From: Octopus vulgaris
Taxonomy: Eukaryota
Assembly (NCBI GenBank): GCA_951406725.2
Contig: OX597836.1
Coordinates: forward strand, 33,666,001-33,730,000
Length of the DNA stretch: 64,000 nucleotides
Direction of reading: 5' to 3'
In this document: positions 38,256-50,913 of the stretch, piece after piece
Layout of the letters: each line of letters begins with the position of its first letter
How positions within the stretch are numbered: the first letter of the stretch is position 1
The notes under the pieces: generated by a model
What the model was told of the DNA's origin: nothing
Databases searched by the model: none
Seen by the model: only the letters and a program-made list of their open reading frames with translations
Position numbers and translations under genes: made by a program

Positions 38256-38510
38256 AACACCTCTTGACAGCCAGTGTTGGTGTGTTTATATCCCCGTAAC
38301 TTAGCAGTTTGGCAAAAGAAACTAATAGAATAAATACCAGTCTTAAAAAAGAAAAAAGTACTGGAGTCGATTCATTTAACTACAATTTTTGAAGGTGGTG
38401 CCCCAGCATGGTCACAGCCTAACAACTGACACAAGAGATAAATAAAGATAAAAGATAGTGACCGAATTGATCTCAGAGATTTGAACACAGTCTTAATAGT
38501 TTACCATGCA

Positions 38511-38542
<32 letters not shown>

Positions 38543-38767
38543 CTCTTTACTTGTTTCAGTCATTTGACTGTGGCATGCTGAGCACCGCCTTTTTAATCGA
38601 GTAACTCGACCCCGGGATTTATTCTTTTGTAAGCCCAGTACTTATTCTATCGGTCTCTTTGCCGAACCGCTAAGTAACGGGGACATAAACACACCAGCAT
38701 CGGTTGTCAAGCAATACTAGGGGGACAAACACAGACACACATAATTAGAGAGACTTAGTAATTTTAA

Positions 38768-38817
<50 letters not shown>

Positions 38818-39264
38818 GGAGGCACAATGGCCCAGTGGTTAGGGCAGCGGACTCACAGTTGCAGGATTGCGGTTCCGATTCCCAGACCGGGCGTTGTGAG
38901 CGAGCTTCTTAACCACACAGACACACACATGTATATACACACATGTACACACACACACACACACACACATGTACATACACGCACACGTACATACACGCAC
39001 ATATACATACACACACATACACATATATATACACACATACATATATACGACAGGCTTCTTTTAGTTTCCATCTACCAAGTTCACTCACAAGGTTTTGATT
39101 GAACCGAGACTATAGTAGAAGACACCAATATTTACTTACAAGGCATTAGTCAGTGTAAGATTATGGGAGAAAACACTTGTCCAAGGTGCCATGCAGTGGG
39201 ACTGAACCCAGAACCATGTAGTTGGGAAGCAAGCTTCTTTCTACACAGCGACTCCTGCGCCTAT

Positions 39265-39331
39265 TAAATCCTTAAAATCCTTAAAAATGTTTTAGCCCGA
39301 AGGCCACGGCCATGCTGGGGCACCACCACTG
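39265..39331 (-). mobile_element. 3' stub (about 65 bp) of the same LINE family as 4025-7656
   Basis: Reverse complement reads CAGTGGTGGTGCCCCAGCATGGCCGTGGCCTTCGGGCTAAAACATTTTTAAGGATTTTAAGGATTTA, nearly identical to 7592-7657. Confidence 0.85.
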
Positions 39332-39659
39332 TATGTATTACATACATTTCTTAAATTATTCTTCTAGGAGTGCAACCCAATTTAATGATGTCTGATAGCT
39401 CATAGGGCCTGCCACGGGGAAAAAAAAAGTGGGGAACAGCAACTCAATGTGTCCCTATTTAAATCAATATAGTGTGGTTTGAAGATGTCTTAAGGGCTAT
39501 TTCTAGTAAGTTGAACAACCATATAAAAGCAAAAAACAAACAAAAAAAAAATCAGATGTGTACTTACCATAAGCCTAATTTAGTAAAATCCAGTTTTGCT
39601 TAATGTTATTTTTTTGTTTTAATGATACATTAACCAGAACCTGGAAAGTAAAAAAAAAA

Positions 39660-39990
39660 AATAATAATAATAATAAATTCTTTTATTGGCCACAAGGGCT
39701 GACAAAAATTAATTATAACATAAAGGGACAAAACACAGGACAAAAGTTACAAAGGGTTTTGTCTGTTTGAAAAATCCGTGTAAAAAACAGTGTAAGAACA
39801 AAAATATTTAACAATGAAAAACTCCCAATAGGGGGGCGCTTCGAAAAGTTCCTGGTGGAAAAACCCATAAAAGCCACGGGAGCCTGGTCAAAAGGCAGGT
39901 AGAGAGCCCCTTTCTCCTTTTGTAATACCTTTTTCTTACAGATGTATCCTCAGAATTGGTCCTTTCATATTGGCCATTCTTGTGACAATA
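39660..39990 (-). mobile_element. Probable LINE 3' end whose terminus resembles the SINE family B tail
   Basis: ORF-like end IVTRMANMKGPILRIHL*, then a UTR of about 260 nt ending TTGTCCTGTGTTTTGTCCCTTTATG...CAGCCCTTGTGGCCAATAAAAGAA(TTA)n. Confidence 0.5.
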
Positions 39991-40674
39991 CTAATAATAA
40001 TAACAACAACAGCAATAATCCTTTTTACTAAAAGCACAAGGACTGAAATTTTGGGAGAGGTGGAGATGAGTCGATTACATTGACCCCAGTGTTCAACTGG
40101 TACTTATTTCATTGACCTCGAAAGGATGAAAGGCAAAGTTGACCCTGGCGACATTTGAACTCAGAATGTAAGGACAGACAAAATGAATAATAATAAAGAT
40201 GATGACGATGATGATGATAGTAATGGTTTCAAATTTTGGCACAAGGCCAGCAATTTTGGTGGGAGAGGATGAGAGTTGATCACATTGACCCCAGCGTTCA
40301 ACTGGTATTTTACAACGAATAAGTCCTGGGTCAATTTGCTCGACTAAAAGCAGTGCTCCAGCACGGCCACAGTCAAATGATTGAAACAAGTAAAAGAGTA
40401 AATGAAAAAGTAACAGGAAATTATGAAATCAACTTCCATTAACTTACAGCTGTTGACCTTGGCGGCATTTGAACTCAGAACGTAAAGATGGACAAAATGA
40501 ATAATAATAAATATGACGATGATGATGATAGTAATGGTTTCAAATTTTGGCACAAGGCCAGCAATTTTGGTGGGAGAGGATGAGAGTTGATTACACTGAC
40601 CCCAGCGTTCAACTAGTATCTTATTGGACTCAAAAGGGCGAAAGGCAAAGTTGACTGTAGAAATTGAGTAGGAT

Positions 40675-40885
40675 GAGAGAAGGCCACCATCGGTCATGGC
40701 TGATCATGGGTATCACATCCATCCATTTATTGTCTAGGTTGGGTAGCTCGGCTTGTGCAGCATCTCCTATGGCTATGGAGACCAATGCGAAAACAACAGT
40801 CTCGGTCGCATAGATCACATCTGTGTGTGGATTGTGGTCTGTCGGCTGTCGATCCCTTACGTCGGGTTCGCTTTTCTGCAGGGGT
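40675..40885 (-). mobile_element. RTE-type LINE 3' end
   Basis: AEKRTRRK...HRCDLCDRDCCFRIGLHSHRRCC C-terminal zinc finger and short 3' UTR. Confidence 0.7.
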
Positions 40886-41104
40886 GGTGGTGGTGGCCAA
40901 CGATACATATGGGTGGCAGGGAAAGAACAGCATAATCAATGTAAAAAGTGAGTGGAGAGGACAGAATTATGAATGAAGGATGAATAACAAGTGAAATAGT
41001 TCTGAATAGTAAGAAGGATATGTGGCATTAAATAAAACCTATTTAAGTATGCAGCTCTGCTCAGAGCAGTAAAATACGGCATTTACAGAGATGATGGGTG
41101 TAAT

Positions 41105-41323
41105 ACTCTTTACTCTTTTACTCTTTTACTTGTTTCAGTCATTTGACTGCGGCCATGCTGGAGCACCGCCTTTAATCGAGCAACTCGACCCCGGGACTTA
41201 TTCTTTTGTAAGCCCAGTACTTATTCTATCGGTCTCTTTTGCCGAACCGCTAAGTGACGGGGACGTAAACACACCGGCATCAGTTGTCAAGCAATGCCTA
41301 GGGGGACAAACACAGACACACAA

Positions 41324-41368
<45 letters not shown>

Positions 41369-41534
41369 TACGACAGGCTTCTTTCAGCTTCCGTCTACTA
41401 AATCCACTCACAAAGCATTGGTCGGCCCGAGGCCATAGCAGAAGACACTTGCCCAAGATGCCACGCAGTGGGACTGAACCCGGAACCATGTGGTTGGTTA
41501 GCAAGCTACTTACCACACAGCCACTCCTGCGCCT
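41105..41534 (-). mobile_element. SINE family A, full length
   Basis: Reverse complement of 2359-2780 with (AGAGTAAA)n tail. Confidence 0.9.
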
Positions 41535-41711
41535 AATATTTAAAAATATTTCATTTCATCTGATTTATGCTGTGTATAAGAATTGCTGATTCTCGGAATC
41601 ATTTCCTTTTCTCATTCAGAGTTAATCACAACTGCTATCAGGTGTGTGTTTTATATTGTCTGGAAGTGAAAGTACCTTCAATAAATCAATGATTTATCTT
41701 TTTATATGATA

Positions 41712-42190
41712 CTAGCAGTATCGCCCGCGTTGTTCGGGTTTGTAAGGGAAATAACTATATAAGCATTTTTAGAGAGTTACTTCCCTTATAGATGCCAATT
41801 TGGGCTTTCTTAGCCATTTCTGTTTTGGTGTCTTCAAGCCATGAAGTCGTTGTTCTAAAAGAACGCTGGTCTCCTTGACAACGCTTTACAACGTTGATTT
41901 CCTTACACTCCCTTCCCCACAGGGAGGGAAGAAGGGGAGAAGCAAACAGGTGCAGGTGTGACCATGGACGCCAACTCCGCCGCCATCGACATGGAATAAA
42001 AATGATGTTAAATTATTTTTAAAATCGTAGACTCATCGTTGATGCGTGGTAGTACTCAGACGGGCTCGATATGAATCACGACTATAAGATACCCGAATTT
42101 GGTTAAACTGCAGAGCAAAATGTAGGAGTAGTTAGGAACCTAAATCGAAGGGGACAGACACTCACAAAACTACAGTTTTATATATATAGA
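41712..42190 (-). mobile_element. Non-autonomous Helitron
   Basis: Minus strand: A|TCTATATATATAAAA ... CCCG-AACAACG-CGGG hairpin ... CTAG|T; no TSD. Confidence 0.8.
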
Positions 42191-42364
42191 TTTAGAATAT
42201 TTTTTTTATTCATATTTGTTATTCAAATTCCTGTCATTGACCATGAGTGTTTTAATTCCCCACCACCACCACCACAGAAACAGGTGAGTATATAAATACA
42301 AAACTAGATGGAGAAAAAAGTACTCAAATAACAAAGGCCTCAATAAATTATATTCTTTTATTTC

Positions 42365-42562
42365 TTTGTTTCAGTCATTTGACTGTGGCCATGCGGGAGC
42401 ACTGCCATGAAGAGTTTTAGTCAAATCAACCCCAGAACTTTTTTTTTTAAAGCCTAGTACTTATTCTATCAGTCTCTTTTGCCAAACTGCTAAGTTACAG
42501 GGATGTAAACACACCAACACCAGTTGTCAAGTGGTGATGGGAGGACAAACACAGACACAAAG

Positions 42563-42623
<61 letters not shown>

Positions 42624-42965
42624 ATCCAAACAAGAAAACAGAAAAAAAAACACAACAACGCGAGGACGTGGAACAATTAAAGTATTATTTGACGCTCAGG
42701 AAAGAAGGGAAGGAGGGTTTAACGTTTCGAGCAGAGCTCTTCGTCGGAAACAAGAAGGAAAGATCCCAAGAAGGGAAGACAGAGGAAAAAAATATTTTTG
42801 CTGGTGGTGCTCAAGAGATCACATGTTGAAAATATATATATATGTTGAAATATATATATATACAATGAGCTTCTTTCAGTTTTCATCTACCAAATCCACT
42901 CACAAGGCTTTGCTTGGCCTGAGGTTACAGAAGACACTTGCCGAAGGTACCATGCAATGTGACTC
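42365..42965 (-). mobile_element. SINE family A carrying a hammerhead cassette (42620-42830) in its internal (TA)n
   Basis: SINE halves flank the insert; insert is homologous to 13000-13200. Confidence 0.8.
42717..42751 (-). ncRNA. Minimal type-I hammerhead motif (U4C variant)
   Basis: GTTT CCGACGA A GAGC-TCT-GCTC GAA AC GT T AAAC. Confidence 0.65.
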
Positions 42966-43434
42966 CGCTTGTTGCTTCAGCTTCCCTCTACCAGCATGAC
43001 CAGAGTGTAAAAACATATTGTTTATTGCATGTGAGATAACACAGATATCTTACATGTTACTAGATTATCATTAGAAAGGCTTTTCTGCTTACCGCTACAC
43101 AGAGTGATATGTTTGGCTAACCTCCCAACGGACAACATGTGAAAGTGGGGAAACATGGGTTAGATGGGATCATGTGATGTGTGACATCAACAATGATTCA
43201 GCAGTTTGCTCATAACTTTGCAAGTAAATTTGCAAGAAAATATTTATGGGTGTGTTGGCAGGTGGAGACTACAGCTTGGTTATTTGTTTGGGTTTTGTTT
43301 TAAGATGACATGGTGTAGTCTGGTATTTCTCAACGGGGCTTGATTCATCCATTTTTTCTTTTTTATTTTGTTTCTGTAAATGAACTGCTCTATGACTCGA
43401 CTGCCTGTGTAATATTGTTGGCATCCTTATAGAG

Positions 43435-43493
<59 letters not shown>

Positions 43494-43572
43494 TACATAC
43501 ATACACATACATATAGGCCTATGTTAAAAATTAGCATCATCCTCACTATTATTATTATTATTATTATTATTA

Positions 43573-44110
43573 AGGTGGTGAGCTGGCAGAAACGTTAGCA
43601 CGCCGGGCGAAATACGTAGCCGTATTTCGTCTTCCGTTACGTTCTGAGTTCAAATTCCGTCGAGGTCGACTTTGCCTTTCATCCTTTCAGGGTCAATTAA
43701 ATAAGTACCAGTTACGCACTGGAGTCGGTGTAATCGACTTAATCCGTTTGTCTGTCCTTGTTTGTCCTCTCTGTGTTTAGCCCCTTGTGGGTAGTAAAGA
43801 AATAGGTATTTCGTCTGCCGTTACGTTCTGAGTTCAAATTCCGCTGAGGTCGACTTTGCCTTTCATCCTTTCAGGGTCAATTAAATAAGTACCAGTTACG
43901 CACTGGGATCGATATAATCGACTTAATCCGTTTGTCTGTCCTTGTTTGTCTCATCTGTATTTAGCCCCTTGTGGGTAGTAAAGAAATAGGTATTTTGTCT
44001 GCTGCTACATTCTGAGTTCAAATTCCGCCAAGGGTGAATTAGCCTTTCATCCTTTCGGGGTTGATAAAATTAAGTACCAGTGAAACACCGGGATCGATAC
44101 AATCGACTAA
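43573..44110 (+). mobile_element. SINE family B trimer
   Basis: GTATTT at 43622, 43806 and 43990 (period 184); third unit diverged. Confidence 0.88.
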
Positions 44111-44954
44111 TTTCTCGCTGTACAACCCACACACGATTTATTTACAGTTATCAAATATTTGGGTACACTTAAGCTCACTCCCTCCATCATTACCTGTACA
44201 GGTGCACCATGTGCCACATGTCAGATGATGAAACGTTCACAGAGGAATGAGAAAGGAAGTGCTTTGCTCAAAAACACAATGCAATGCCTAGTCTGGGAAT
44301 CGAAACCACAACCTCTGAATCGCGAGTACAACACCCTAACCACTAAGCCATGTGCCTTCATGTATATAATGTGTGTGTGTGATGGTCTTCTACCAAACCA
44401 CTCACATAGTTTTAATCAGCTTCAGGATATAATTGATAGAAGACACTTGCCCAAGGTGCTGTGCAGCGGGACAGAACCTGAAAACATTTGGTTGGGAAGC
44501 AAGCTTTCTAACCATACATCCAAATCTACAAACACACATGCTAAATTTTGAGCAGTAATTCTGAAAAAATCTCAAGGATAACATTATAACACTAATTATG
44601 AGGAGTCTCAATACCAATAACGTCAAATGAGTCACCAACCAAAAGCTGAAATGACACATATATACATGTATACATACAAATGCTTACGTATACATATGTA
44701 TGTGTCATAAATCCTCGAGTATAATCCGCATTTTTTTCCCAAAATTTAAAGGTCAAAATCCCGAGTGCGTACTATATACGAGGTTAAAGATGAAAAATAT
44801 TTTCTAAGCAATGTCCGAGTCTCTATTTGCTGTCCGGCAATGTTTATTCAGATGCATTTTGTGATGTCAGGCACAAAAATACCTTAAGCTAAGCCTGAAA
44901 GCAATGAAGTCATAAAGGGATCATCCATAACTTGCAGTAAGCAACATTTATTAA

Positions 44955-46014
44955 CCCGTTCGTTACCAAACCGCCCGAAAAAAATTTTGGTTAATGTGAC
45001 CAAACCGCCCGAATTTACCTATTCATATTTAAATGAGAATATCAGAGTAAATCTCTTTAGTACATTCGTGAAAACATGTATTATACTTCGTAAACAGTTC
45101 AACTACAGTTTTGTACAAAAATCAAAGTGTAATTTTAATTCCGTGAATTATGGGAGATTTTTTTCCGAAATTTGTTCCTATTGTGTTTTCAAAATTTGTA
45201 ATTCTGACAAAAAATGGATACGAATTTCATTATATCAAGCAGCGAGTCAGAATTCGAAGGATTTTCTACTGAAGATCTTCATAAATCTAACTCTATGACT
45301 GAAAAAAAAAAGCATGTGGTATTTGATAATGAATCTGATGTTTCATTTTCCGAAAGTGAAAACAGTGAATCTGAGAGCTCTGACAACGATAAAGAAAATG
45401 AATTGGCACCTGAATGGAGTGAAAATTTAAAAACTGTTTCGTTCGGTGATTTTTCTGAAGAAACTGGAGCAAGCCACAGACTTTCCCAGAAGAGTAAAGC
45501 CTTAAACTATTTCTTTTTACTTTTTCGAATGAGCCTATTTGAAATCATTACGGCGGAAACGGACCGTTACGCTAAACGTAAACAAAGCGAAAGAAAGGAT
45601 AGTTTGTTATTTCCCACAACCTTAAATGAAATTAAGGCCTATTTTGCCATAAATATTATTATGGGTATCAGAAAGTTACCCAGAATAACAAATTCTATCG
45701 TAAAATTTTGTTGTATACCCAATTGAATATTAGCTAATAACCCATTTTCTATAGCGATGTTTGAACAAAATTTTAATAATTTTATATTATGTTGAATTTA
45801 CCTGTATCTACCTGCAATTAGAGTCACTTTGTGACAAAAATTATAGTATAGAATTGGTTGAGAACATTTCATTAAATTATCTTCCAAAATTCATGTTAAT
45901 ATATTGATAAATAAAAAAGTTATAGTTGTTTAATGAAACCAGACTAAATTTATGATTACGTTAATTGAAACACATAAGGGGTGTATTTTGGTCAGAAATA
46001 TAGTAACGAAAGGG
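44955..46014 (+). mobile_element. Internally deleted piggyBac element
   Basis: TTAA|CCCGTTCGTTAC ... GTAACGAAAGGG|TTAA. Confidence 0.85.
45214..45726 (+). pseudogene. piggyBac transposase N-terminal fragment (170 aa)
   Basis: Acidic Ser-rich N-terminus, then YFFLLF...EIITAETDRYA...TTLNEIKAYFAINIIMGIRKLPRI; catalytic DDD region absent. Confidence 0.8.
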
Positions 46015-46685
46015 TTAAAATAAAAGTATTCTGAACACAGAATAACATGTAACAAAAACAATTTGCAAACATATTTATATTCCCATATAACAGTTGAGAA
46101 CATCACCATTATTGTATTACGCATGCGCGGAAGTGTTTGTTCGACTAGATGCTGCTGGCTTAATTACGCACGACTCAAGTTAGAGAAGGAGTGTGTATTA
46201 TACACAAGGTTTAGGATTTTCAGAGGTACATCCCACTAAAAATCTCCCTGCGTATTATACTCATAACATGTAACAAAAACAATTTGCAAACATATTTACA
46301 TTCCCATGTAACAGTTAAAAACATCACCATTATTGTATTACGCATGTGCAGAAGTGTTTGTTTGACTAGGTGCTGCTGGCTTAATTACGCACGACTCAAG
46401 TTAGAGAAAGGGGTGCGTATTATACACAAGGTTTAAGATTTTCAGAGGTACAGCCCCCTAAAAATCCCCTGCATATTATACCCAAGGGCAGACTATACTC
46501 GGAGATTTACGGTATGTAGGTGTGTGTGTGAGTTGTAAAGAACAAAAATATGTAAGACAATATGCCAAAAATATAAAGAGGAGATAAATTTGTGATCAAT
46601 ATTATTTGCTTGACTGATGTTCAGAGAAATGGAAAGAGTTAGCTGTTATGACGTTTTGGACATTGGTCCTTCTTCAGATAGGAAG

Positions 46686-46720
<35 letters not shown>

Positions 46721-46872
46721 AACTGAAAAAATAAAAGAGAAGGAAAAAAAGAAGCAAACCAGGAACAATTAGAAAGTGCAATAAATGGAAAACAAAATCT
46801 GATCATGATGATCGGTCTGTTTATACACACACATATATGTACACAGAAATATATATATACATATATACACAG

Positions 46873-46908
<36 letters not shown>

Positions 46909-46985
46909 GCACATATACACATATATAAACGTGTGTGTGTGTGTATATATATATATATACACACAGATGTTTATGTATATGTATG

Positions 46986-47016
<31 letters not shown>

Positions 47017-47729
47017 TACACATGCACATACACATATATGTATAATTATCAGTCAGCTGAACAGAGAAAACAATGGTTCTTTGGATGTCTGACAGATGTC
47101 TAAGATGCAAAGAAATGATGGATTGAGCCATTAGGATGGACGGATGGCTCAGATGGCTCGGTGCCACAGCAGAAAGAGAGAGAGGGATAGATAGATAGAT
47201 AGAGAGAAACAGCAGATAGACAGACAGGGAGATGGAGTGAGAGTGAGAGAGAGATGTAAGGCAGTGGTGGTGAGAACTACCAGCACTCCTACATGTCTTT
47301 TGTTGTTGTTCTTTGAATATTAAAGGAATACATCGCACTTGTACAAGGTGGACGGTGGTGGAATAGAGGGGGGGGAGATGTATTCCTAAAGTAGCTACAG
47401 TGAAGCAATAATTCATTTCTGTAATAATTATGAATAACAACAACAACAACAACACATACCAACAATGAAACTAACAACAATAATACATACCAATAATAAT
47501 AATAATAATAATAATAATTATAATAATAATAATAATGATGATAATAATGATAATAATAATGGTGATTGTGATAACAATAATAGTGGATATTGTAAGTAGT
47601 GCATTGAGAGATTAGCAGGAAACTACTGTATATGTGTTTACATAATATTTATTGGATGTCTGTTACTCATTTCAGTCATTAGATTGTGGCCATGCTGGAG
47701 CACCACCTTTCATGTGTGTGTGTGTGTGA

Positions 47730-47780
<51 letters not shown>

Positions 47781-47946
47781 GACACACACACACACACAAA
47801 TACATACCTATTTATATACATATGCACATGTGTGTGTGTGTGTGTGTATATATATGTATATATATATCTATATATATATAAACACACATAAGGCAGTGCT
47901 CCAGGATGCATGTAGTCAAATGACTGAAACAAGATCATATATATAT

Positions 47947-47979
<33 letters not shown>

Positions 47980-48117
47980 CACATATATACATACATATGC
48001 ACATATACAGAAACACACACATATACATGCATTTATAAATATGTACACACACAAACACACATTTATACATAAGCACACACAGTTTTACACATATATACAC
48101 ATATATACATGTGTGTA

Positions 48118-48175
<58 letters not shown>

Positions 48176-48454
48176 AATATGCACATACATGTATACACAT
48201 GCACTCAGTAAGAAGAACACAAAATAGAAGAAGACAGAAATACAGAAAAAGAAACAAAAAAGAAAAACAAGAAAAAAAAAAGGAGAAAGAAAAACAAGGA
48301 ACGGAGATGAGAAAGAAGAAGAGAGAGAGAAAGAGAGGAAAGCAATGGTTATTATTACACCGAAGGATTGCATTAGTAATTTGTATGTTTTACAGCTATT
48401 TCTGTACAGGAAATTATAAATCATATATCTTGTTTTTACGTGTGACTGTGAGGT

Positions 48455-48486
<32 letters not shown>

Positions 48487-48599
48487 TTTACTTTCACTTC
48501 TATTTTTGTCAGTCATTAGATGGCAGCCATGCTGGAGCACAGCCTGTGAACAGTTTTTTTTTTTTATTTTTCCTTTTTTTTTTTTTTTTTGCTGAACAG

Positions 48600-49035
48600 A
48601 TCTGGGGCCCTTGTAAGCCTGGTACTTAATTCTTATTTCTTTATAGCCCACAAGGGGGCAAACAAGGATAGACAAAGGGATTAAGTCGATTACATCGACC
48701 CCAGTGCATAACTGGTGCTTAATTTATCGACCATGAAAGGATGAAAGGTAAAGTCGAACTTGGCGGAATTATTCTTATTTCTTTATTGCCCACAAGGGGC
48801 CAAACATAGAGGGGACAAGCAAGGACAGACAAAGGGATTAAGTCGATTACATCGATCCCCAGTGCGTAACTGGTACTTAATTTATCGACCCCGAAAGGAT
48901 CAAAAGGCAAAGTCGACCTCGGCGGAATTTGAACTCAGAACGTAAAGACAGGCAAAATACCTATCTCTTTACTGCCCACAAGGAGCCACACACAGAGGGG
49001 ACAAACAAGGACAGACAAAAGGATTAAGTCGATTA
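48600..49035 (-). mobile_element. Nested SINE family B cluster
   Basis: Three tails at about 48635, 48776 and 48962. Confidence 0.8.
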
Positions 49036-49289
49036 AGGATTCTGGATTATCTTTCCTGTTTTTTTTTGCTTAATTTTTGAGAGCCAACGGGTTCATTTTT
49101 AGTATTCTCATTTTAAAATTCATCTCTGACCAATCGTTGAGAGAATGCTGGTGTTGCCTTGGCGGAGTTTTGCGCTCTCTGAGTGTTCTTGTTTATTTTT
49201 AGACCAACATTGTAAGACAGGTCTAAGAGACCGGATCTGGCCAATATAAATATAAAATGGGTAGACTATCTGGGTTGGGCATGGCTGGT

Positions 49290-49514
49290 TTAACCATTTA
49301 GCATTCAGATTACTGTCAAATGTAATGCTTATCTAATCACATTGTTTTCAGTTAATCCTGTATTATCTCTTAGCTTCAAGATTTTAATGAGGTGAGTGTT
49401 AATTTTTAGAATGACATTGTAGGGCAGGTGTGAGAGACTGGATCTGGCCAGTTTGGACATAAAACAGGTAGAACATTTGGGTCGGATGTGGCCAGGTTAA
49501 ATCTCAAATGGTTA
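49290..49514. mobile_element. TTAA-type MITE
   Basis: TTAACCATTTAGCATT...AAATGGTTA; relatives at 61253-62245, 18160-18220 and 62821-62940. Confidence 0.6.
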
Positions 49515-49614
49515 CGGTATTCAATTCTTTACATTCTCGGTTCAAGTTCAGCTGGGAGAGGTTCAAATGAAATCAAGCACCAGTCAAGTATTTCAGCATT
49601 AGATTGGCAATGCA

Positions 49615-50135
49615 ATTTACACCATCACCACCACCAGCATCATCATCATCATCATCACCATCCATCAATACTGCTGCCATTCCTACCATCGTTACCACTA
49701 CCACCTCCACCATCACTATCTCAATCAATAACCACCAGAACCACCACCACCACCACCAGCACACCATAAAATGTCAATAGCATTATTGCTTACCCTCATC
49801 GTCAACACTACCACCACAGCCATCCTCAATATCATCATTACCACTACCACCGCCACCATCACAGTCAATACCACCACCACCACAACCATCAATACCACTA
49901 CTGGTGCCATCGTTATCAGAACTACTACTACTACTACTGCTACTATCAATAATACAGTTGCCACTACTACTCCTAATCACTACTACAACTACCACCAATA
50001 CTGTCACAACCACCACCGCCACCATTACCACCATCGCTATCATTATCATCAAAAGTACCACTATCAATATTACCATTGCCACCACCACCACCACCATCAC
50101 CATCATCATCATCACCATCATCATCATCACCATCA
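49615..50135. repeat. (CAC)/(CAT)/(TAC) trinucleotide mosaic
   Basis: Direct reading. Confidence 0.9.
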
Positions 50136-50913
50136 AGGAGACATTCTTCTAAGTGTTCAAGACTTCAGTCTTTATTACACAGACAAGATTATCTTTCTTT
50201 TGTTTCATTCAGAAAAAAAAAATATATACAGAATCCAAAACACACACACACACAGGCAAAGACACACACACACACACACAGGCAAAGACACACACACACA
50301 CACACATGCAGAGTATGCCCACTTGTAAACACATGTGCACACACACACACACACATACACACACACATGCATGCATAGGAATATACAAATGCAACGGCAT
50401 AAACAAAAAGACAAAACAAAAACTAAAAAGAGAAAAAAAACAAAGAACTCCTCCCACCCAGCTGCCTTTCCACCCCACCCCCACTCCTGAAACAAAAGAA
50501 AAAACTGAAGCAATAAGAAAAGTAGAAAACAAAACACACACACACACACACAAACAAGCGTACACACACATACGGACGCACACTATTCCTCTTTGTTGAT
50601 GTAACAGCTCTTTTACAAGAATAGTGAGAAAAATACTAAGAAACCAAAACGATGTTTTCTTTTAAAAGCTTCCACCATCACTTTACAAGTGGCATTTAGC
50701 ACTTCTTAATAACAACCCGAGACAGGACTTTTTAACTTGAAGGGAAAAAGGCAGAGAAGAAAGAAAGAAAGAAAAAAAAAGAGGGGAAAAAAAAAAGGAA
50801 ACTGTTTGATGCTTCCGATTTCTTTTATATTTTACTTGTTTCAGTCGTTAGAGTGTGGTCATTTTGGGGGCAGGGCACCACCTCAAAGGGTTGATCTAGA
50901 TCAGTGGTTTGCA

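Larger units (their letters stand above)
44705..46512. mobile_element. Pogo/Tigger-like non-autonomous element hosting a piggyBac insertion
   Basis: Ends TAAATCCTCGAGTATAATCCGC and GCAGACTATACTCGGAGATTTACGG|TA; internal tandem duplication of about 220 bp (46043-46260, 46264-46480). Confidence 0.7.

Noticed and set aside
37139-38260. 373-aa and 363-aa His/Leu/Ile/Ser-rich ORFs
   Set aside because: Pure GA/GAT minisatellite, open in several frames on both strands, with no domain.
43622-43805. Hammerhead within the 184-bp SINE B unit (retrozyme hypothesis)
   Set aside because: I found no CUGANGA...GAAA core with compatible stems on either strand.
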